From: Microcoleus sp.
Lineage (GTDB): Bacteria; Cyanobacteriota; Cyanobacteriia; Cyanobacteriales; Microcoleaceae
Length of the DNA stretch: 64,000 nt
Direction: 5' to 3'
Assembly: GCA_042408215.1 (NCBI GenBank)
Contig: JAYFMW010000030.1
Location: forward strand, 480,001 to 544,000
Shown here: positions 20,001 to 30,650 of the stretch, piece after piece
Layout: each line of letters opens with the position of its first letter
Position numbering within the stretch: the first letter of the stretch is position 1
Notes under the pieces: generated by a model
Databases searched by the model: none
What the model saw: the letters and a program-made list of their open reading frames with translations, nothing else
Told to the model about the DNA's origin: nothing
Position numbers and translations under genes: made by a program

Positions 20001-20246
20001 GCTGTGGCTGGATGTATGGTACTCTCTGGCAAAGTCATCCGTAACTGCAAGGTGCGGGTGCGCCGGGGCAACAATGTCATTTACGAAGGTATCCTAGACT
20101 CCCTGAAACGGATGAAGGAAGATGCCAAGGAAGTCAATGCTGGCTACGAATGCGGTATTTCCTTGAGTGGCTTTAGCGACTGGGCGGAAGGCGACCTGAT
20201 TGAAGCCTACCGGATGGTGACTAAACGCCGGACTCTATCTCAATAG
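17079..20246 (+). CDS. infB: Translation initiation factor IF-2
   Basis: 'KVRIYELS' N-domain, [17 protein letters not shown]. Confidence 0.99.
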   Translation: MNNGKVRIYELSRELNLDNKDILAVCERLNISVKSHSSTITESEAERIRKTAEKYVASHSSPGKPAPSERAAAPSRESGPHPNDQQKKQQILEIRSPKVRPQAGANSQQSGNEERKKPQATVATPPKSPVAQQLQPPAKPNINRPVLSKPTVPSATASSETVSETVSETVGAIALETDTQAAASTAPQPSSEKAPERKERMAIAPGPSAKLTSPPVRPAGESANRTQLNQGNRPVLKLAKTEQEQSEQAESLEAPAKPTRPSRPAPGGTESRPQRPRLDGPASVKTQLAARPQPGGGPRRSLAPATSATGLRSRGGDTGAAGDDSDDNEEDNTPLLGITLLERPSLPRPAKKTQVIWEEDDEENSDAAKAAKAGKVKRSRLKPIDEDDDDLENGLDMPAPVMVSLSLARPAKAKSQAAPKSTPTPGAPGSSGKNKRPGPSHDKSSSGSTGGRGSRGKTAEAKVERPETLVLSRPMTVQELAGTLAVPETEIIKRLFSKGIAVNITETLDIAAVRMVAEEMGIEVETPEKVAPAIKVIEMLDEADMEYLQRRPPVVTIMGHVDHGKTTLLDSIRKTKVAQGEAGGITQHIGAYHVDVVHEGKSQQVVFLDTPGHEAFTAMRARGTRVTDIAILVVAADDGVRPQTIEAISHAKAAKVPIVVAINKIDKEGAQPERVKQELTEYGLVADDWGGDVTMVPVSAIRGENLDTLLEMILTVAEMEDLNANPNRAAKGTVIEAHLDKARGPVATLLVQNGTLRVGDIVVAGSALGKVRAMIDDRGDRVDQATPSFAVEVLGLREVPRAGDEFDVFGNEKEAAAIASARSTSQRDSRLLQGGRISLSGFSQQAKEGVLKELNLILKADVQGSLEAIVGALTQLPQKEVQLRLLLSAPGEVTETDIDLAAASNAVIIGFNTTLATGARQAADQAGVDVREYSIIYNLLDDIQGAMEGLLEPELVEEPLGEVSVRAVFAIGRGAVAGCMVLSGKVIRNCKVRVRRGNNVIYEGILDSLKRMKEDAKEVNAGYECGISLSGFSDWAEGDLIEAYRMVTKRRTLSQ

Positions 20247-20471
20247 TTGCTAGTGATGAGTTTTGAGTTTTGAGTTGGAAGAGAAGTTTTGAGTTTCGGA
20301 ACTAAATTGCCGTGAGCTCGTAACTACTCTCTTCTCTCAATACTGCAAACCTCATCACTCGCAACTTGTTTTTTACTCAAAATTTCCAACTTCAAATTCA
20401 CAACTCAAAACTCATCACTTAAAATTCGCTCCCTCTCTGACTCGCTCACTCAAAACTCAAAACTATTTAAA

Positions 20472-21086
20472 GTGCGTTATTTTTGGTCTGAACCTTTTTT
20501 GTGGATTCACCTGGCTGGGGTGGCGGCACTGCCGATTTTCCTGGGACTGTGCTTGCTGGGACTGGCAGTGGGTTCTCCGCTACTCCCTGTGTGGGTAGAA
20601 CTATTTTTAGTTGGGGCGATCGGTATTGCTCCTGTGCTGTGGATGCAGTGGTTTCGCCCTTTTTACATTTTTAGTATTTTAGTGGTGGCGGTGAAACCCC
20701 AGAATTTAACGAATGCACAGCAGCGGATTCTTGCTGGGTTTAAATCTCGCTTAAATAAGGGATTAGCTCTGTTTGTGGCTGTTGTGCTGGCAGTAATTTT
20801 GTGGCAACTATACCGATTTGCTCCCCTCGCTGCCCTATTGGCTCCGTTTCCTCCTCAATGGCGATTAGCTGGATTGTTGTTGGCTGCCTTAGCTTTTCTC
20901 GCTAGCAATTTGTTCTTGCAGGTGCCTGTGAGTGTCATTGCTGTTTTGCTGATGCCGGAATCAGAATTTGCAGCGATACAGCCTGATGTTTTAGAAAAAA
21001 TTGGGCTGGATTTTACGATCGCAGGCTGGCCAGTCGATCGAATTTTGCCGAATTTTGTCGGCGAGATCAAAGAAGACGGAAGGTAG
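20472..21086 (+). CDS. Low-complexity tail membrane protein (cyanobacterial)
   Basis: 'EPFLWIHLAG', 'LWMQW.RPF..FS', 'NLFLQVPVS'; several TM segments. Confidence 0.8.
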   Translation: MRYFWSEPFLWIHLAGVAALPIFLGLCLLGLAVGSPLLPVWVELFLVGAIGIAPVLWMQWFRPFYIFSILVVAVKPQNLTNAQQRILAGFKSRLNKGLALFVAVVLAVILWQLYRFAPLAALLAPFPPQWRLAGLLLAALAFLASNLFLQVPVSVIAVLLMPESEFAAIQPDVLEKIGLDFTIAGWPVDRILPNFVGEIKEDGR

Positions 21087-21109
21087 AAGGCAGAATTATC
21101 AACTAGGGG

Positions 21110-21232
21110 GCATTGGGAATTGGGAATTGGGAATTGGGCATTGGGCATGGGGCATCGGGCATGGGGCATGGGGCATCGGGCATTTGTAACAAATGACTAA
21201 TGACTAATGACTAATGACTAATGACGAATGAC
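21110..21232. repeat. STRR arrays (ATTGGGA/GGGCAT, TGACTAA)
   Basis: Tandem heptamers. Confidence 0.9.
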
Positions 21233-21451
21233 TTAAATTGTATTTAAAGATACTGCGGATTTAAGGCTATTGTGCTAGAAAATCAATACTTATTAAGAGA
21301 GATTTATTGAGATTATTAAGATTTAATATCAAATTTTCAATGGGAGGTTATTTGTATTTTTTATTGGCTATTTGGAGAGGAGAATATATAATGGGAATTG
21401 TCCAGGTAAGATTTAAATCCTCATAGGGGATTAAAACAGAGGTATAAAAAT

Positions 21452-21676
21452 ATGGCGAATTCACGAACGATCGCACCAGAACCTCAAGTCGCAGAGCCGA
21501 TCGATCTTAAGGAAGATTCTCAAATCTGGGCCAGTCTCAAAAAAGCGATCGGTGCTAGTTCTGGATTTCAACGCTGGCAGCTAGAACTCAATTTTGAGAG
21601 TCAGCAGGCTCCGGTCAGCATCGACCACCAGGTTCGCTCCTATCTGCGGGAAACTTTAGAAACTTTGGCTTACTGA
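21452..21676 (+). CDS. Small cyanobacterial hypothetical protein (74 aa)
   Basis: GAGGT RBS; motif 'W.SLK.AI.ASSGFQRW...YLRETLETLAY'. Confidence 0.8.
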   Translation: MANSRTIAPEPQVAEPIDLKEDSQIWASLKKAIGASSGFQRWQLELNFESQQAPVSIDHQVRSYLRETLETLAY

Positions 21677-22063
21677 GTGCAGCCAGACTAGCTCCTGTAA
21701 CGGTTTGTAAATTTTACCGTCAAATTCCGCCGAATCCCCTTCAAGATGCGATCGTGAGTGCGTAACTTCGGAACTCAAATTGCAGGGGAGAATATTTCTG
21801 CTTACGGAGTCTTGACTAATTCAAACACCTTAATTCCAACACCAGCGAAAAAATCCATAAAAAAAGCCGGAAACCCCCGACGTAAAACGAATGCGGGGGA
21901 ATTCGACTCACCCGTATCTTACCCAAACTCTTGATAATAGGACTGAAGCAAAATAACAGTAACAGCGCTTGACTAGCGGTGAAGAAAACCGTCAAAATCA
22001 ATCTGATACAAATATTTTGTACCATCAGTCCTATTAGACATTTTAGAGCAAAAGTTAAGCAAA

Positions 22064-23247
22064 ATGCATTTAGTGATAGTTCAGTATGCAGTCGATTACC
22101 GAGAAGCCTATGAGCAGCTAAAGGTGGCCGTGAAACATACTACGCTCAAAAATATTCTGTTGATACCGTTACCGAGATGGGGAAACGAGTTGAGTCAGTA
22201 GCGGTGATTTGTGCATGACCTCCAGAACCTTACAATCAGGTTCTAGAAAACGGGGTACGGGCGATAGGTGCAGGATTTAATCAACAATTGAAGGTTCAAG
22301 AATTAATCGAGTTAATAGCGCAGCAAAATCCAACTCATCTCGTCATGCGCACACCTGTTAGAGAAGTTTTTAATTGGGCTATCACAAATAAAGTTAGAAC
22401 GATCGCGACCTTTGCCGAATCTTTTTTTACAACCACTTGGCGCAATAAAATCCGCAACTATGTACTTGCTAAGTTATTGAATAACAAGCAAATAGAATGG
22501 GTTGGTACTTACGGTCTTACTTCTTCCCTACTCTTCCAAGAAATCGGAGTTAAACCTAATACAATCATGCCTTGGGATTTTCTCATAGATAGTGACCCAG
22601 GCTCTTTGCCACCCAAAGAACCACCAGATAGCGTCAAAAGTTTGAAATTATTTTAGGCTGGTTTGTTAATACAAAGTAAGGGGGTTGGTGATATTTTAGA
22701 AGCGGTAGCAAAGTTGAAAGACCAGAATATATCAGTGCATTTAAAACGGGCTGGTAAAGGCGAAGAAGAGTTTTTGACCTAGCGAGTGGAACAGTTGCAA
22801 ATTCAAGATTCTGTAGAGTTTCTCGGAATAGTGCCAACTCAGACTTTAGAACCTTTAATGAGAGAAGCTGATCTTGTCCTAGTTACTAGCAGGCACGAAT
22901 ATCCAGAGGGTTTTCCCCTGACAATTCAGCACGCTTTGCGGACGAGAACGCCGATCGTAGCTTCGGATCGCCCGATGTTTACAACCCACTTGCACCCCGG
23001 CGCTAATGCCATGATTTTTGAGGCTGGGAACTCTTAGGCTTTAGCAGAATGTATTGAAAAACTGGTTTCCGATGCACCGCTTTACCGCAATATTTCTCTA
23101 GGTTCTCATGCAACGTGGCATCAGTTGCGTCTGCCCGTCAAAGGGGTACAACTGATCGATCGCTGGCTGGATGATGCTCCTGAAAGCAAACAGTGGTTAT
23201 TTGAACAACGACTAGCTTCTGGGGCCTACAACTCAAGACCAAGTTAA
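22064..23247 (+). pseudogene. Glycosyltransferase (GT4-like) pseudogene
   Basis: Early frameshift near 22120; in-frame stops at 22216 (TGA), 22654, 22780 and 23035 (TAG); GT motifs 'AGLLIQSKGV', 'SRHEYPEGFPL', 'PIVASD' persist across the stops. Confidence 0.85.
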
Positions 23248-23276
23248 TAATTAGGTCGCTCTAATTAAACTTGAGT

Positions 23277-23575
23277 AGGACTTACAGCATATTCCATGTA
23301 TATGTGGTACACACAAGAAGAGAGACGCGAGTAAGGTGCGTTACCACCCGTCAATCTGCAATCTTTATCAAATATGAAGCCGCGACGCACCCTACCGATT
23401 AAGACCACATAATATAGCTGCTACTGTACTTCATGAACCACCGAATATGCTGTATATCTAGTCCTAAGCTTTTGTGCATTTAAATTGAATGTAAAAAAAT
23501 AATCTAAGTCTTGTGGGGAGTAGGGGTTGGGCGTCTCGCCCGCCCTGAATATGCAATTTAAATGCGTGACAGCTT
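23277..23575. mobile_element. Two abutting MITEs (AGGACTTACAGCATATTC ends; AAGCT..GCATTTAAATTG ends)
   Basis: Inverted terminal matches at 23277/23465 and 23466/23575; nested REP-like pairs inside. Confidence 0.6.
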
Positions 23576-23577
23576 AT

Positions 23578-24525
23578 CATATAACCCCTTTGCGGACGCA
23601 GGCATAACCGAGGAAAAGGACGTTAATTTCCTCTGAGGGCGGTTTGTGGGATTGTTGACACTCCCCGGTCTGAAGACGCGGGGATTCTTAAGGACAAACA
23701 TTGGGGGATGAATCCGCCCAAAGTTGAATGCTTAAAGGGTAAGTCAGATACCCACTACCCACTCGCTCATGACTGAGTCTATGGCTACTTTTTTGCCTAA
23801 CGGCTTGCAACTGTCGGGTTTTTCACCAACTAAGTTTCAACAACTTTATCAAACCAAAATCAGTTTGTCAAGATGGGCAGGATAAATCCTGCAACGCCCT
23901 TTCATCCCTGGACTAAAGTCGCAGGGTTTTCAGGGTATTTCTTATAATTGGGGAAATGCTCTGGCGACCAACCTTCAGTCGTTAAAAGCAGTTTCTCTTC
24001 AGAAACTCCGGCTTGTTGAAAGGATTTTACTACTGTCGGACTAGGACAAAACAGAAAGTCAGCTACCTTAAGTTCTTGCTCTTCCTTCTGAATTTTTTCT
24101 GGGGTAATGTCGTGTTGAGGTTGCAATCCCAAGCGAGAGTAAGCATCGTCAAGGATACTCTTAGCTTGCCTTTGACAAGTATTAACTCGCTCCAAAAAAA
24201 TCGGCTTGTTGTGCTTGTTAACGCTCTTGACAGTATCAGATGAGGTACCGGGCCACAAGTAGGCAACATCAAAATCTTTGAGATCTTTGAGAAAACGCTT
24301 CTCTGCCTTGATTTTGGGAAGAGTAGGGCTACAGTAATACAGTTTTTTCAGAAATGACGGAATTGCTTCAAGCATATTGGAGCCGCGGCACGAGCAATCG
24401 CAACTCGGGACAACCATGCGAGCATTCAGCTCAGAGTTGTGCCATTCTTTGCACACTGAAAAAAATACGTGGCTAATGGCTCGGTCACTGCAATGAATTG
24501 GGAATAAAGCACTCAGTTTTAACAT
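23578..24525 (-). pseudogene. Glycosyltransferase pseudogene interrupted by a mini IS605 element and truncated by a MITE
   Basis: N-terminal part to ...HFPNY resumes in frame after the element as QSHKPPSEEINVLFLGYACVRKGV; the C-terminal domain is missing. Confidence 0.8.
23655..23943 (-). mobile_element. 289-bp non-autonomous IS200/IS605 element (left end, omegaRNA-like segment, right end)
   Basis: Inserted 3' of TTAT without target duplication; left-end hairpin CCCTGCGACTTTAGTCCAGGG; right end AAGAATCCCCGCG...GGGGAGTGTCAA. Confidence 0.85.
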
Positions 24526-25132
24526 AGCATTAATCTTCTATTAACTAGAGTTTTTCGGTTTTTATCTAAACATTGACATTGGACAGTGATGCTCAGTTTG
24601 CAGAGCAGTCTCGTTTTATTTAAAAGCAGATTCCGTAACCTGAATGTGATTGTATTCTGCAAGTATAACACTTCAGTAAAATCACTGACAAGACCCTGAG
24701 AAAAAACTATGTATTTTGGCTGTAAATGATTAAAGTGTAGCAGCCAAAACGCAGTTAAAATTTTTTAACTATGTTTAGCGTCCTAATTAATAGGGGTTTT
24801 CAACCCTGTGTTCTAACTGAGTGATTGAAATTTCTGCTACACATAGTCTCCTCCGGGATATTACTGACTAAAAAAACTGACCGGGTGTTAAGCCAGGATT
24901 TGGTAAGTAAGCCCACGTAAAAAAACAGAATACCCAGCACCCCGACTTCGCAGTTGTCGGGACTCTAAAAGCGATCGGATTTTACGTTTAATTAAAGCGA
25001 CTTGCCGATCATTACCTTGTAAAGGGCGTTGTGGATCAAAAAAACATCGAAAAAAAACATCGAAAAAAAACATCATAGCTGCTTTTCTGAAAAAACAGCT
25101 AGGATGTTTTAATGACAAGCTATTTCAGGACT

Positions 25133-26338
25133 TTAGCCTGCTGTTGCCAAAACTGGATTCTGAATTTTGCCGATCGCCAAACACTTTTTAACACCAGCAA
25201 TCACATCTTCAACATCTGCATCTGTTAATTTTGCCGAAATGGGTAAACTCACTGTTTGCTGTCCAATCCGCATCGCATTCGGATAGTCTTCCGGCCGCCA
25301 TCCAAATCTTTCCTGATAGACAGGATGTTCGGAGAGGCTCTGATAATGAACGCCGATACCGATGTTTTCAGCAGTCATCGCGCCTAGAAAAGCATCACGG
25401 CTAATACCGGCTTTCGCTTCATCAACTAAAATCGTGTACAAGTGATACCCATGAATAGTTTCTGGTTCTGGATCTGCTGGTACTGTAATCGGCAAATCGG
25501 CAAATGCTTGATTGTAGCGCTGCCAAATCTGCTCGCGGCGGTGCCAATAAGGGGTGACTCGTTCCAGTTGATGAATGCCGATCGCAGCTTGCAGATCCAT
25601 CATATTGTATTTAAAGCCGACTTCCACTACTTGATAGTGCTTGTAACCTGAGTCGCTGAAGCGCTTCCAAGCATCTTTGCTCATCCCGTGCAGCCCCAAT
25701 ATTTTCAGGCGATCGGCATCTTCTTGACTGCGAGCTAAAATCATGCCGCCTTCGCCCGTCGTGATGTTTTTGGTGACATAAAAGCTGAAGCATCCAAAGT
25801 CGCCAAATGTGCCTGCTTTCCGTCCCTTGTACTCTGTTTCGATGGCGTGAGCACAGTCTTCGATTAACTTCAAATTATGGCGTTCAGCCAGAGCGCACAG
25901 CGCATCCATATCGCAAGGACGGCCTGCAAAGTGAACTGGCAAAATTGCCTTAGTTTTTGGAGTTATTTTAGCTTCGACTTTCGCCGGATCGATATTCATT
26001 GTCAGCGGGTCTACATCCGCCAGTACCGGTGTGGCCCCTGCGTGAATAATCGCATTAACTGTGGCACAAAAAGTCATAGGAGTAGTGATGACTTCATCCC
26101 CTGGTTTCAACCCAGCAGCGAGGATACTTAAGTGCAGTGCCGCCGTACAGGAATTGACTGCAACCGCATAGGGAGAGCCCTTATAAGCTTTGAATTCGTT
26201 TTCAAAGCGCATGACTTTAGGCCCTGTACCCAACCAGCCTGTTTTCATGGTTGCTACCACTTCCTGAATTTCAGCATCTTCGATCGCAGGAGCGCCGAAA
26301 ACCAGGAAACGGTCTTTAGAACGAATAGGATTGTTCAT
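25133..26338 (-). CDS. DegT/DnrJ/EryC1/StrS family PLP sugar aminotransferase
   Basis: 'NSCTAALH', 'EDCAHA', 'SFYVTKNITTGEGG', 'GFKYNM'. Confidence 0.95.
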   Translation of the reverse strand: MNNPIRSKDRFLVFGAPAIEDAEIQEVVATMKTGWLGTGPKVMRFENEFKAYKGSPYAVAVNSCTAALHLSILAAGLKPGDEVITTPMTFCATVNAIIHAGATPVLADVDPLTMNIDPAKVEAKITPKTKAILPVHFAGRPCDMDALCALAERHNLKLIEDCAHAIETEYKGRKAGTFGDFGCFSFYVTKNITTGEGGMILARSQEDADRLKILGLHGMSKDAWKRFSDSGYKHYQVVEVGFKYNMMDLQAAIGIHQLERVTPYWHRREQIWQRYNQAFADLPITVPADPEPETIHGYHLYTILVDEAKAGISRDAFLGAMTAENIGIGVHYQSLSEHPVYQERFGWRPEDYPNAMRIGQQTVSLPISAKLTDADVEDVIAGVKKCLAIGKIQNPVLATAG

Positions 26339-26770
26339 TTTGCTAGTTGTTACCCAGTAAATAAAGTCTATCTGCTAAAAATGTACTACCCTAACTATGG
26401 TCTTATTTTCAACCCAGATGCTTTAGGCATTGCGTCCTAGCATCTGTTGTGGCAGGACATTACCACTAACAAGCTGTTTTTTTTGGCAACGGCCTTACTT
26501 TCACAGCATTTCTCGATCTTAAGATAAATAATCAGCAATGTCTACAGCACAATGTTTCAGTTTATGACGGCTACAGTAGCACTTGCTTTGCCCGCTTTTT
26601 TTAGATCAAATATTGTTCTCAGTAAAGATACGGAGATTTTATTTTACAAAATTTGTTAAACATCTAACATCTATCGCAAGACTTAACTTACAGCCAAGTT
26701 TAAATCAGGAGAAACTTACACAAAAAATATAGTTTTGGAGAATAAATATATGGCGCGCTGAGATAATTTC

Positions 26771-27346
26771 CTAGAATCTAGGAAGGCGAATTTTATGCAA
26801 AATGTCTTGTACCCGTTCCGAGACTCCGCCCAATTCTTCTGACACAGCTACAAGTTTGCTGTAAGCTTCAACTAAGCGATCGCCCTCAACGTCAACCTCG
26901 GTCGTCGGATAATTCTTGATGGTTTCGAGCAATGTAATTTCATTATCATTACTCGCCGACAGCACCAAAGCCGCGCGCAAAGCCTCTCTATTGGCATTCC
27001 CAGAAGGAGTATGAATTACCTGACCCACCTGATCGAGAACAATTTCCCCTACTTTACTATTTAAAGTTTGATCCAAAAACCTGTGACTGACTTTCACCGG
27101 TCTCGTCAGATTGCGGCGCACCGCTTCCGGGTCTTTTTTGGCTTGTCCCAAGAGCATTTCTAAGCCAGACGACATTTGTCCAGTTTCGGCGAAAATTTCT
27201 AATTCGCTGACTGGTAAAGTCATCCGTATCACACTGTATTTGAGCACTACCTTTTCGGCGGCTTCCGCAGCAGTGCTGTAAAATACAATTCCCGCGCCTG
27301 CTGCTAAAAACAACGTCCACCGCCGTTTGAACAATGACCAGCCCAT
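26771..27346 (-). CDS. DUF1400 (alpha/beta hydrolase N-terminal) secreted protein
   Basis: Signal peptide ending 'AEA|AEKV'; 'LEIFAETG', 'ALRAALV.SA', 'TLLE.IKNYPT'; AAGGAG RBS. Confidence 0.85.
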   Translation of the reverse strand: MGWSLFKRRWTLFLAAGAGIVFYSTAAEAAEKVVLKYSVIRMTLPVSELEIFAETGQMSSGLEMLLGQAKKDPEAVRRNLTRPVKVSHRFLDQTLNSKVGEIVLDQVGQVIHTPSGNANREALRAALVLSASNDNEITLLETIKNYPTTEVDVEGDRLVEAYSKLVAVSEELGGVSERVQDILHKIRLPRF

Positions 27347-27572
27347 AGTAAAACTCCTTAAACATCTGTTTCTACTTAGACTATAGCGACATCTAATTAA
27401 TGACTGCACCGGTAAATCTGTTCGGGAAACGCCTTCGGGATTCGTGAGCCTCAGTACACAGGTATAAAATCCCACCTAAAACTGGCACCAATCCCAGATT
27501 CCCACACAAACACCCAGCGCCAGCTCTTCTATAAATGAAGGCTGGCGCGGGGCTTAAAGTTATTTTGTATAT

Positions 27573-27659
27573 TTAGGGTCTTTATCAAGGCTGACCCCTA
27601 TTGAACAGACTAAAAAGGATGTATGATTAGGGCCTTTAAATTGGCTGACCCCAATTGAA
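27573..27659. promoter_or_regulatory. Two 33-bp direct repeats (54-bp period), each GGGYC-N12-GACCC
   Basis: TTAGGGTCTTTATCAAGGCTGACCCCTATTGAA and TTAGGGCCTTTAAATTGGCTGACCCCAATTGAA. Confidence 0.45.
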
Positions 27660-27775
27660 TCCATACACCCATAATCACAGGGATCGATCGCAAACCAGGA
27701 TTTCGTAATAATTTCTTTATCTTTATAACTTTTCCTTACCTCACATATAATTTTATTTCGATTTGTAAATTTTTG

Positions 27776-28084
27776 TTACTTAAGTTTCGGGGATCGGTTG
27801 CCGGCGCGCTGCTCAAGACGAAACAGCAGCACCATCAGAGCTACGACTCCGACTTGGAGGGCAAAATTGGGCAAAGCGGAGCTAACTTCCCGCCCGGAGG
27901 CAATTTTAGCGAGGAAAACCAAGCCACCGATGAAGCCAGAGGCCCCGCAAGCTACATAAACCACCTGTCGCAGAGGCCGATAAGGAGCAGCCATCTCTGC
28001 TGTTAAACGCTCGTATTGTTGGGGAGTGAGGTGGCGGGGGTTTTTTGGGCTGTAAGGGCGATCGGGCGAATTGGGAGTTGGCAT
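27776..28084 (-). CDS. DUF3493 domain membrane protein
   Basis: 'RL.AEMAAPYRPLRQ..Y...GASG.IG'. Confidence 0.8.
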   Translation of the reverse strand: MPTPNSPDRPYSPKNPRHLTPQQYERLTAEMAAPYRPLRQVVYVACGASGFIGGLVFLAKIASGREVSSALPNFALQVGVVALMVLLFRLEQRAGNRSPKLK

Positions 28085-28144
28085 GGATTTATGAAATAAA
28101 TGAATATTACGCTAAAACAAATATCTCATAAAAGTCAAAATAAA

Positions 28145-29377
28145 TCATCGCTGCACCAAAAGCACAACTGTCTGCAAACAGCCTACCAAAACACCCAAAA
28201 TCCCACCTAAATTGACAATTCCCTGCAACTCGCTTTTCACAATTCCCTGAATTGCTAACTCCAAGTCTTCAGGAGAAGTACCTTTAACTCGATCGACAAT
28301 TACCTGGTCGATATTTAAAATCGGGATCGCCTGAGCCACAATATTTTCTAAATCCCGCTCCAGATAGCGCTCTAAAACCAAAGCCAGTTCTTTGCTGATC
28401 ATTCCCAGGGAAGTATTCATCACTGCTGAAGTCTGCAATCGATTCAGAATTAACTTGGAAATATTTTCCCAGTCAATAGACTTGCTCAATCCCTGAAGTA
28501 GATCTGTACCCCGTTCTTGAACATAGCTGCGAACGCTGTCGCGCATAGTTTTTCGCAACTGTCGCACTGTCGAAACTGGTAAGTTTTGCATCGACAAATT
28601 TTGCAGCCACTCCTGAATCCGCCCGCGAATTCCCAAAGCAATAGTTAATTCTGCTAACCGCTGATTTGTCGCCTCTTTGTCATCCAGACAAAAAGTCCGC
28701 AGGCGAGTTAAAGTGTTCCGCAAACCAAACAAATTGGCGACTACCCAATAAGTGCCGCTGGTTTTTTCTCGAAACCCTTCATCGATGATCGAAATATTGC
28801 GATCGGTCAAAAAGTCAATCAAAGTCTGCCGCAGCACTTCCGGCGGTATTACTACCTGCAATAACCAATCAGCCAACTGACCCGCCTGAGCTTCAGTGAG
28901 TTGAATTTCCAGCAAAACTTGGTCAAAAATTTGATTGAGCTGAGCTTCTAAAAAATATTCCCGGCGCGCAAAAACCTTGAGAATTCTTGGCACTGATTCC
29001 CCCAGTAAATCTCGCAGAATGTTAGCGAGAATTTTAGCAGTTTTTTGCTCTGCGTCTGCTTTAACTTGATCTAATGCTAACTGTAATAACCAGAGAATCA
29101 CCGACTGCATTCGCTCTGTTTGCAGCAGGCGGCGGGCTAAATTTTGTAACTCCTCTGGCGTCAGCAGCGAACCCATAATTGTGTCAGAAATTCGCAGGGC
29201 TAAGCGCTCTTGATTGCGGGGTATCAAGCCGGGAGTGAATGGCAATTGCCGGCCTTTGAAATAAATAGCTCGATAGGGGCGGAATAACATTTTGATGGCT
29301 ATATCATTAGTGAAATAGCCAATAATTCCTCCCACTACAGGTGGGGCAAAAAACAGCCAAATATCAGACTGGTTCAT
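28145..29377 (-). CDS. DUF445 family membrane protein
   Basis: '[20 protein letters not shown]', 'PGLIP', 'EL..IVNLGG.LG'; start moved past the STRR extension. Confidence 0.9.
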   Translation of the reverse strand: MNQSDIWLFFAPPVVGGIIGYFTNDIAIKMLFRPYRAIYFKGRQLPFTPGLIPRNQERLALRISDTIMGSLLTPEELQNLARRLLQTERMQSVILWLLQLALDQVKADAEQKTAKILANILRDLLGESVPRILKVFARREYFLEAQLNQIFDQVLLEIQLTEAQAGQLADWLLQVVIPPEVLRQTLIDFLTDRNISIIDEGFREKTSGTYWVVANLFGLRNTLTRLRTFCLDDKEATNQRLAELTIALGIRGRIQEWLQNLSMQNLPVSTVRQLRKTMRDSVRSYVQERGTDLLQGLSKSIDWENISKLILNRLQTSAVMNTSLGMISKELALVLERYLERDLENIVAQAIPILNIDQVIVDRVKGTSPEDLELAIQGIVKSELQGIVNLGGILGVLVGCLQTVVLLVQR

Positions 29378-29380
29378 CAA

Positions 29381-29616
29381 TAATTGGGAATTGGGAATTG
29401 GGAATTGGGAATTGGGAATTGGGAATTGGGCATTGGGAATTGGGCATTGGGCATTGGGCATTGGGAATTGGGCATTGGGCATTGGGAATTGGGCATTGGG
29501 CATTGGGCATTGCAAGCAATAACAACTAACCAATAACAACTAACTAATGACTAATGACTAATGACTAATGACTAATGACTAATGACTAATGACTACTGAC
29601 TACTGACTACTGACTA
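29381..29616. repeat. STRR arrays (ATTGGGA/ATTGGGC, TGACTAA, TGACTAC)
   Basis: Tandem heptamers filling the spacer. Confidence 0.95.
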
Positions 29617-30315
29617 CTGACTAATGACCAATACTCCCATCATAGCTCCAGCAATAGGATAGTGTGTGGCTGTGGTAAATCCGGCTTGGTGGGCGATCGC
29701 GACTTGTTCCGGGCCGATCGGGAATTTTTCTAAACTAGGATTGATATAGGCATATTCTTGAGTCATGCCAAATTGCTGAGCGATCGGCACTACGAGAGTT
29801 TCCAGATACAACTGCTGAAAACTGCGCATCAGGGAATTACTGGGGCGGTGGAGGTCGAGAATAGCTGCTTTTGCACCGGGTTTGAGCACGCGGTGCAATT
29901 CCTGAAGACTGCGGGGGATGTCAGTCACGTTACGGAGGCCGTAGCCCATTGTCGCGCAGTCGAAGTAGTTGTCGGGAAAAGGCAAGTCTAGGGAGTCAGC
30001 TTCTACCCAGGAAATGGGACTTGAGGGGGTGAGAAAAGGTCGATCGCGACGGGCTGCAACGGCCAATTGTGCGACGGAAAAATCTACTCCAAATACAGAA
30101 CCGGTAGGGCCTGCTTGCTGTGCTAAAAGTAGAGCTAGATCCCCGCTACCACAACACAAGTCTAAACAAGTATTACCGGGGCCTGCATTGCTCCACTTCA
30201 GGGCCATTTGCTTCCAAATCCGGTGTTGCCCCAAGCTCAACCAGTCGTTCATTTGGTTGTAAACTGGTGCAATTCGATTAAATATAGTTTTAATTTGTTC
30301 TGGGTTATTAGTCAT
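29614..30315 (-). CDS. menG: Demethylphylloquinol/demethylmenaquinone methyltransferase (UbiE/MenG family)
   Basis: 'FNRIAPVY..MND.LSLGQHR.WK', 'LDLCCGSGD', 'GYGLRNV'. Confidence 0.9.
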   Translation of the reverse strand: MTNNPEQIKTIFNRIAPVYNQMNDWLSLGQHRIWKQMALKWSNAGPGNTCLDLCCGSGDLALLLAQQAGPTGSVFGVDFSVAQLAVAARRDRPFLTPSSPISWVEADSLDLPFPDNYFDCATMGYGLRNVTDIPRSLQELHRVLKPGAKAAILDLHRPSNSLMRSFQQLYLETLVVPIAQQFGMTQEYAYINPSLEKFPIGPEQVAIAHQAGFTTATHYPIAGAMMGVLVISQ

Positions 30316-30650
30316 TGGTTATTAGTCATTAGTTAGTAGTCATTAGTCATGAGTCATTGGTCATTAGTCATTGGTCATTAGTCATTTGTATTGGCGATCG
30401 GTCATGAATCCGGAGAAATAAATAATTAATCCGCTCATTGGTGTCGTACTGTCGCTAGTGATTAAGGTATTGTTATCTGTTAGCGATCGGTTATCTTTTC
30501 TCTTGAATCATTGGTCAGCTCTCATTTTCACATCAAGACTGACAGCCCACTAATAACTAATGACCAATGACTAATGACTAATAACTAATAACTAATGACT
30601 AATAACTAATAACTAATGACTAATGACTAATGACTAATGACTAATAACTA
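30316..30650. repeat. Inverted STRR tracts (TTAGTCA...TGACTAA) around a unique core
   Basis: Tracts at about 30316-30386 and 30550-30650 in opposite orientation. Confidence 0.85.

Noticed and set aside
22654..23037. Three in-frame TAG stops suggesting amber recoding
   Set aside because: The same gene has a TGA stop and a frameshift, and TAG ends many normal genes here; ordinary decay explains it.
25035..25074. 13-bp tandem repeat ATCGAAAAAAAAC x3
   Set aside because: Looks like a simple slippage duplication with no supporting context.
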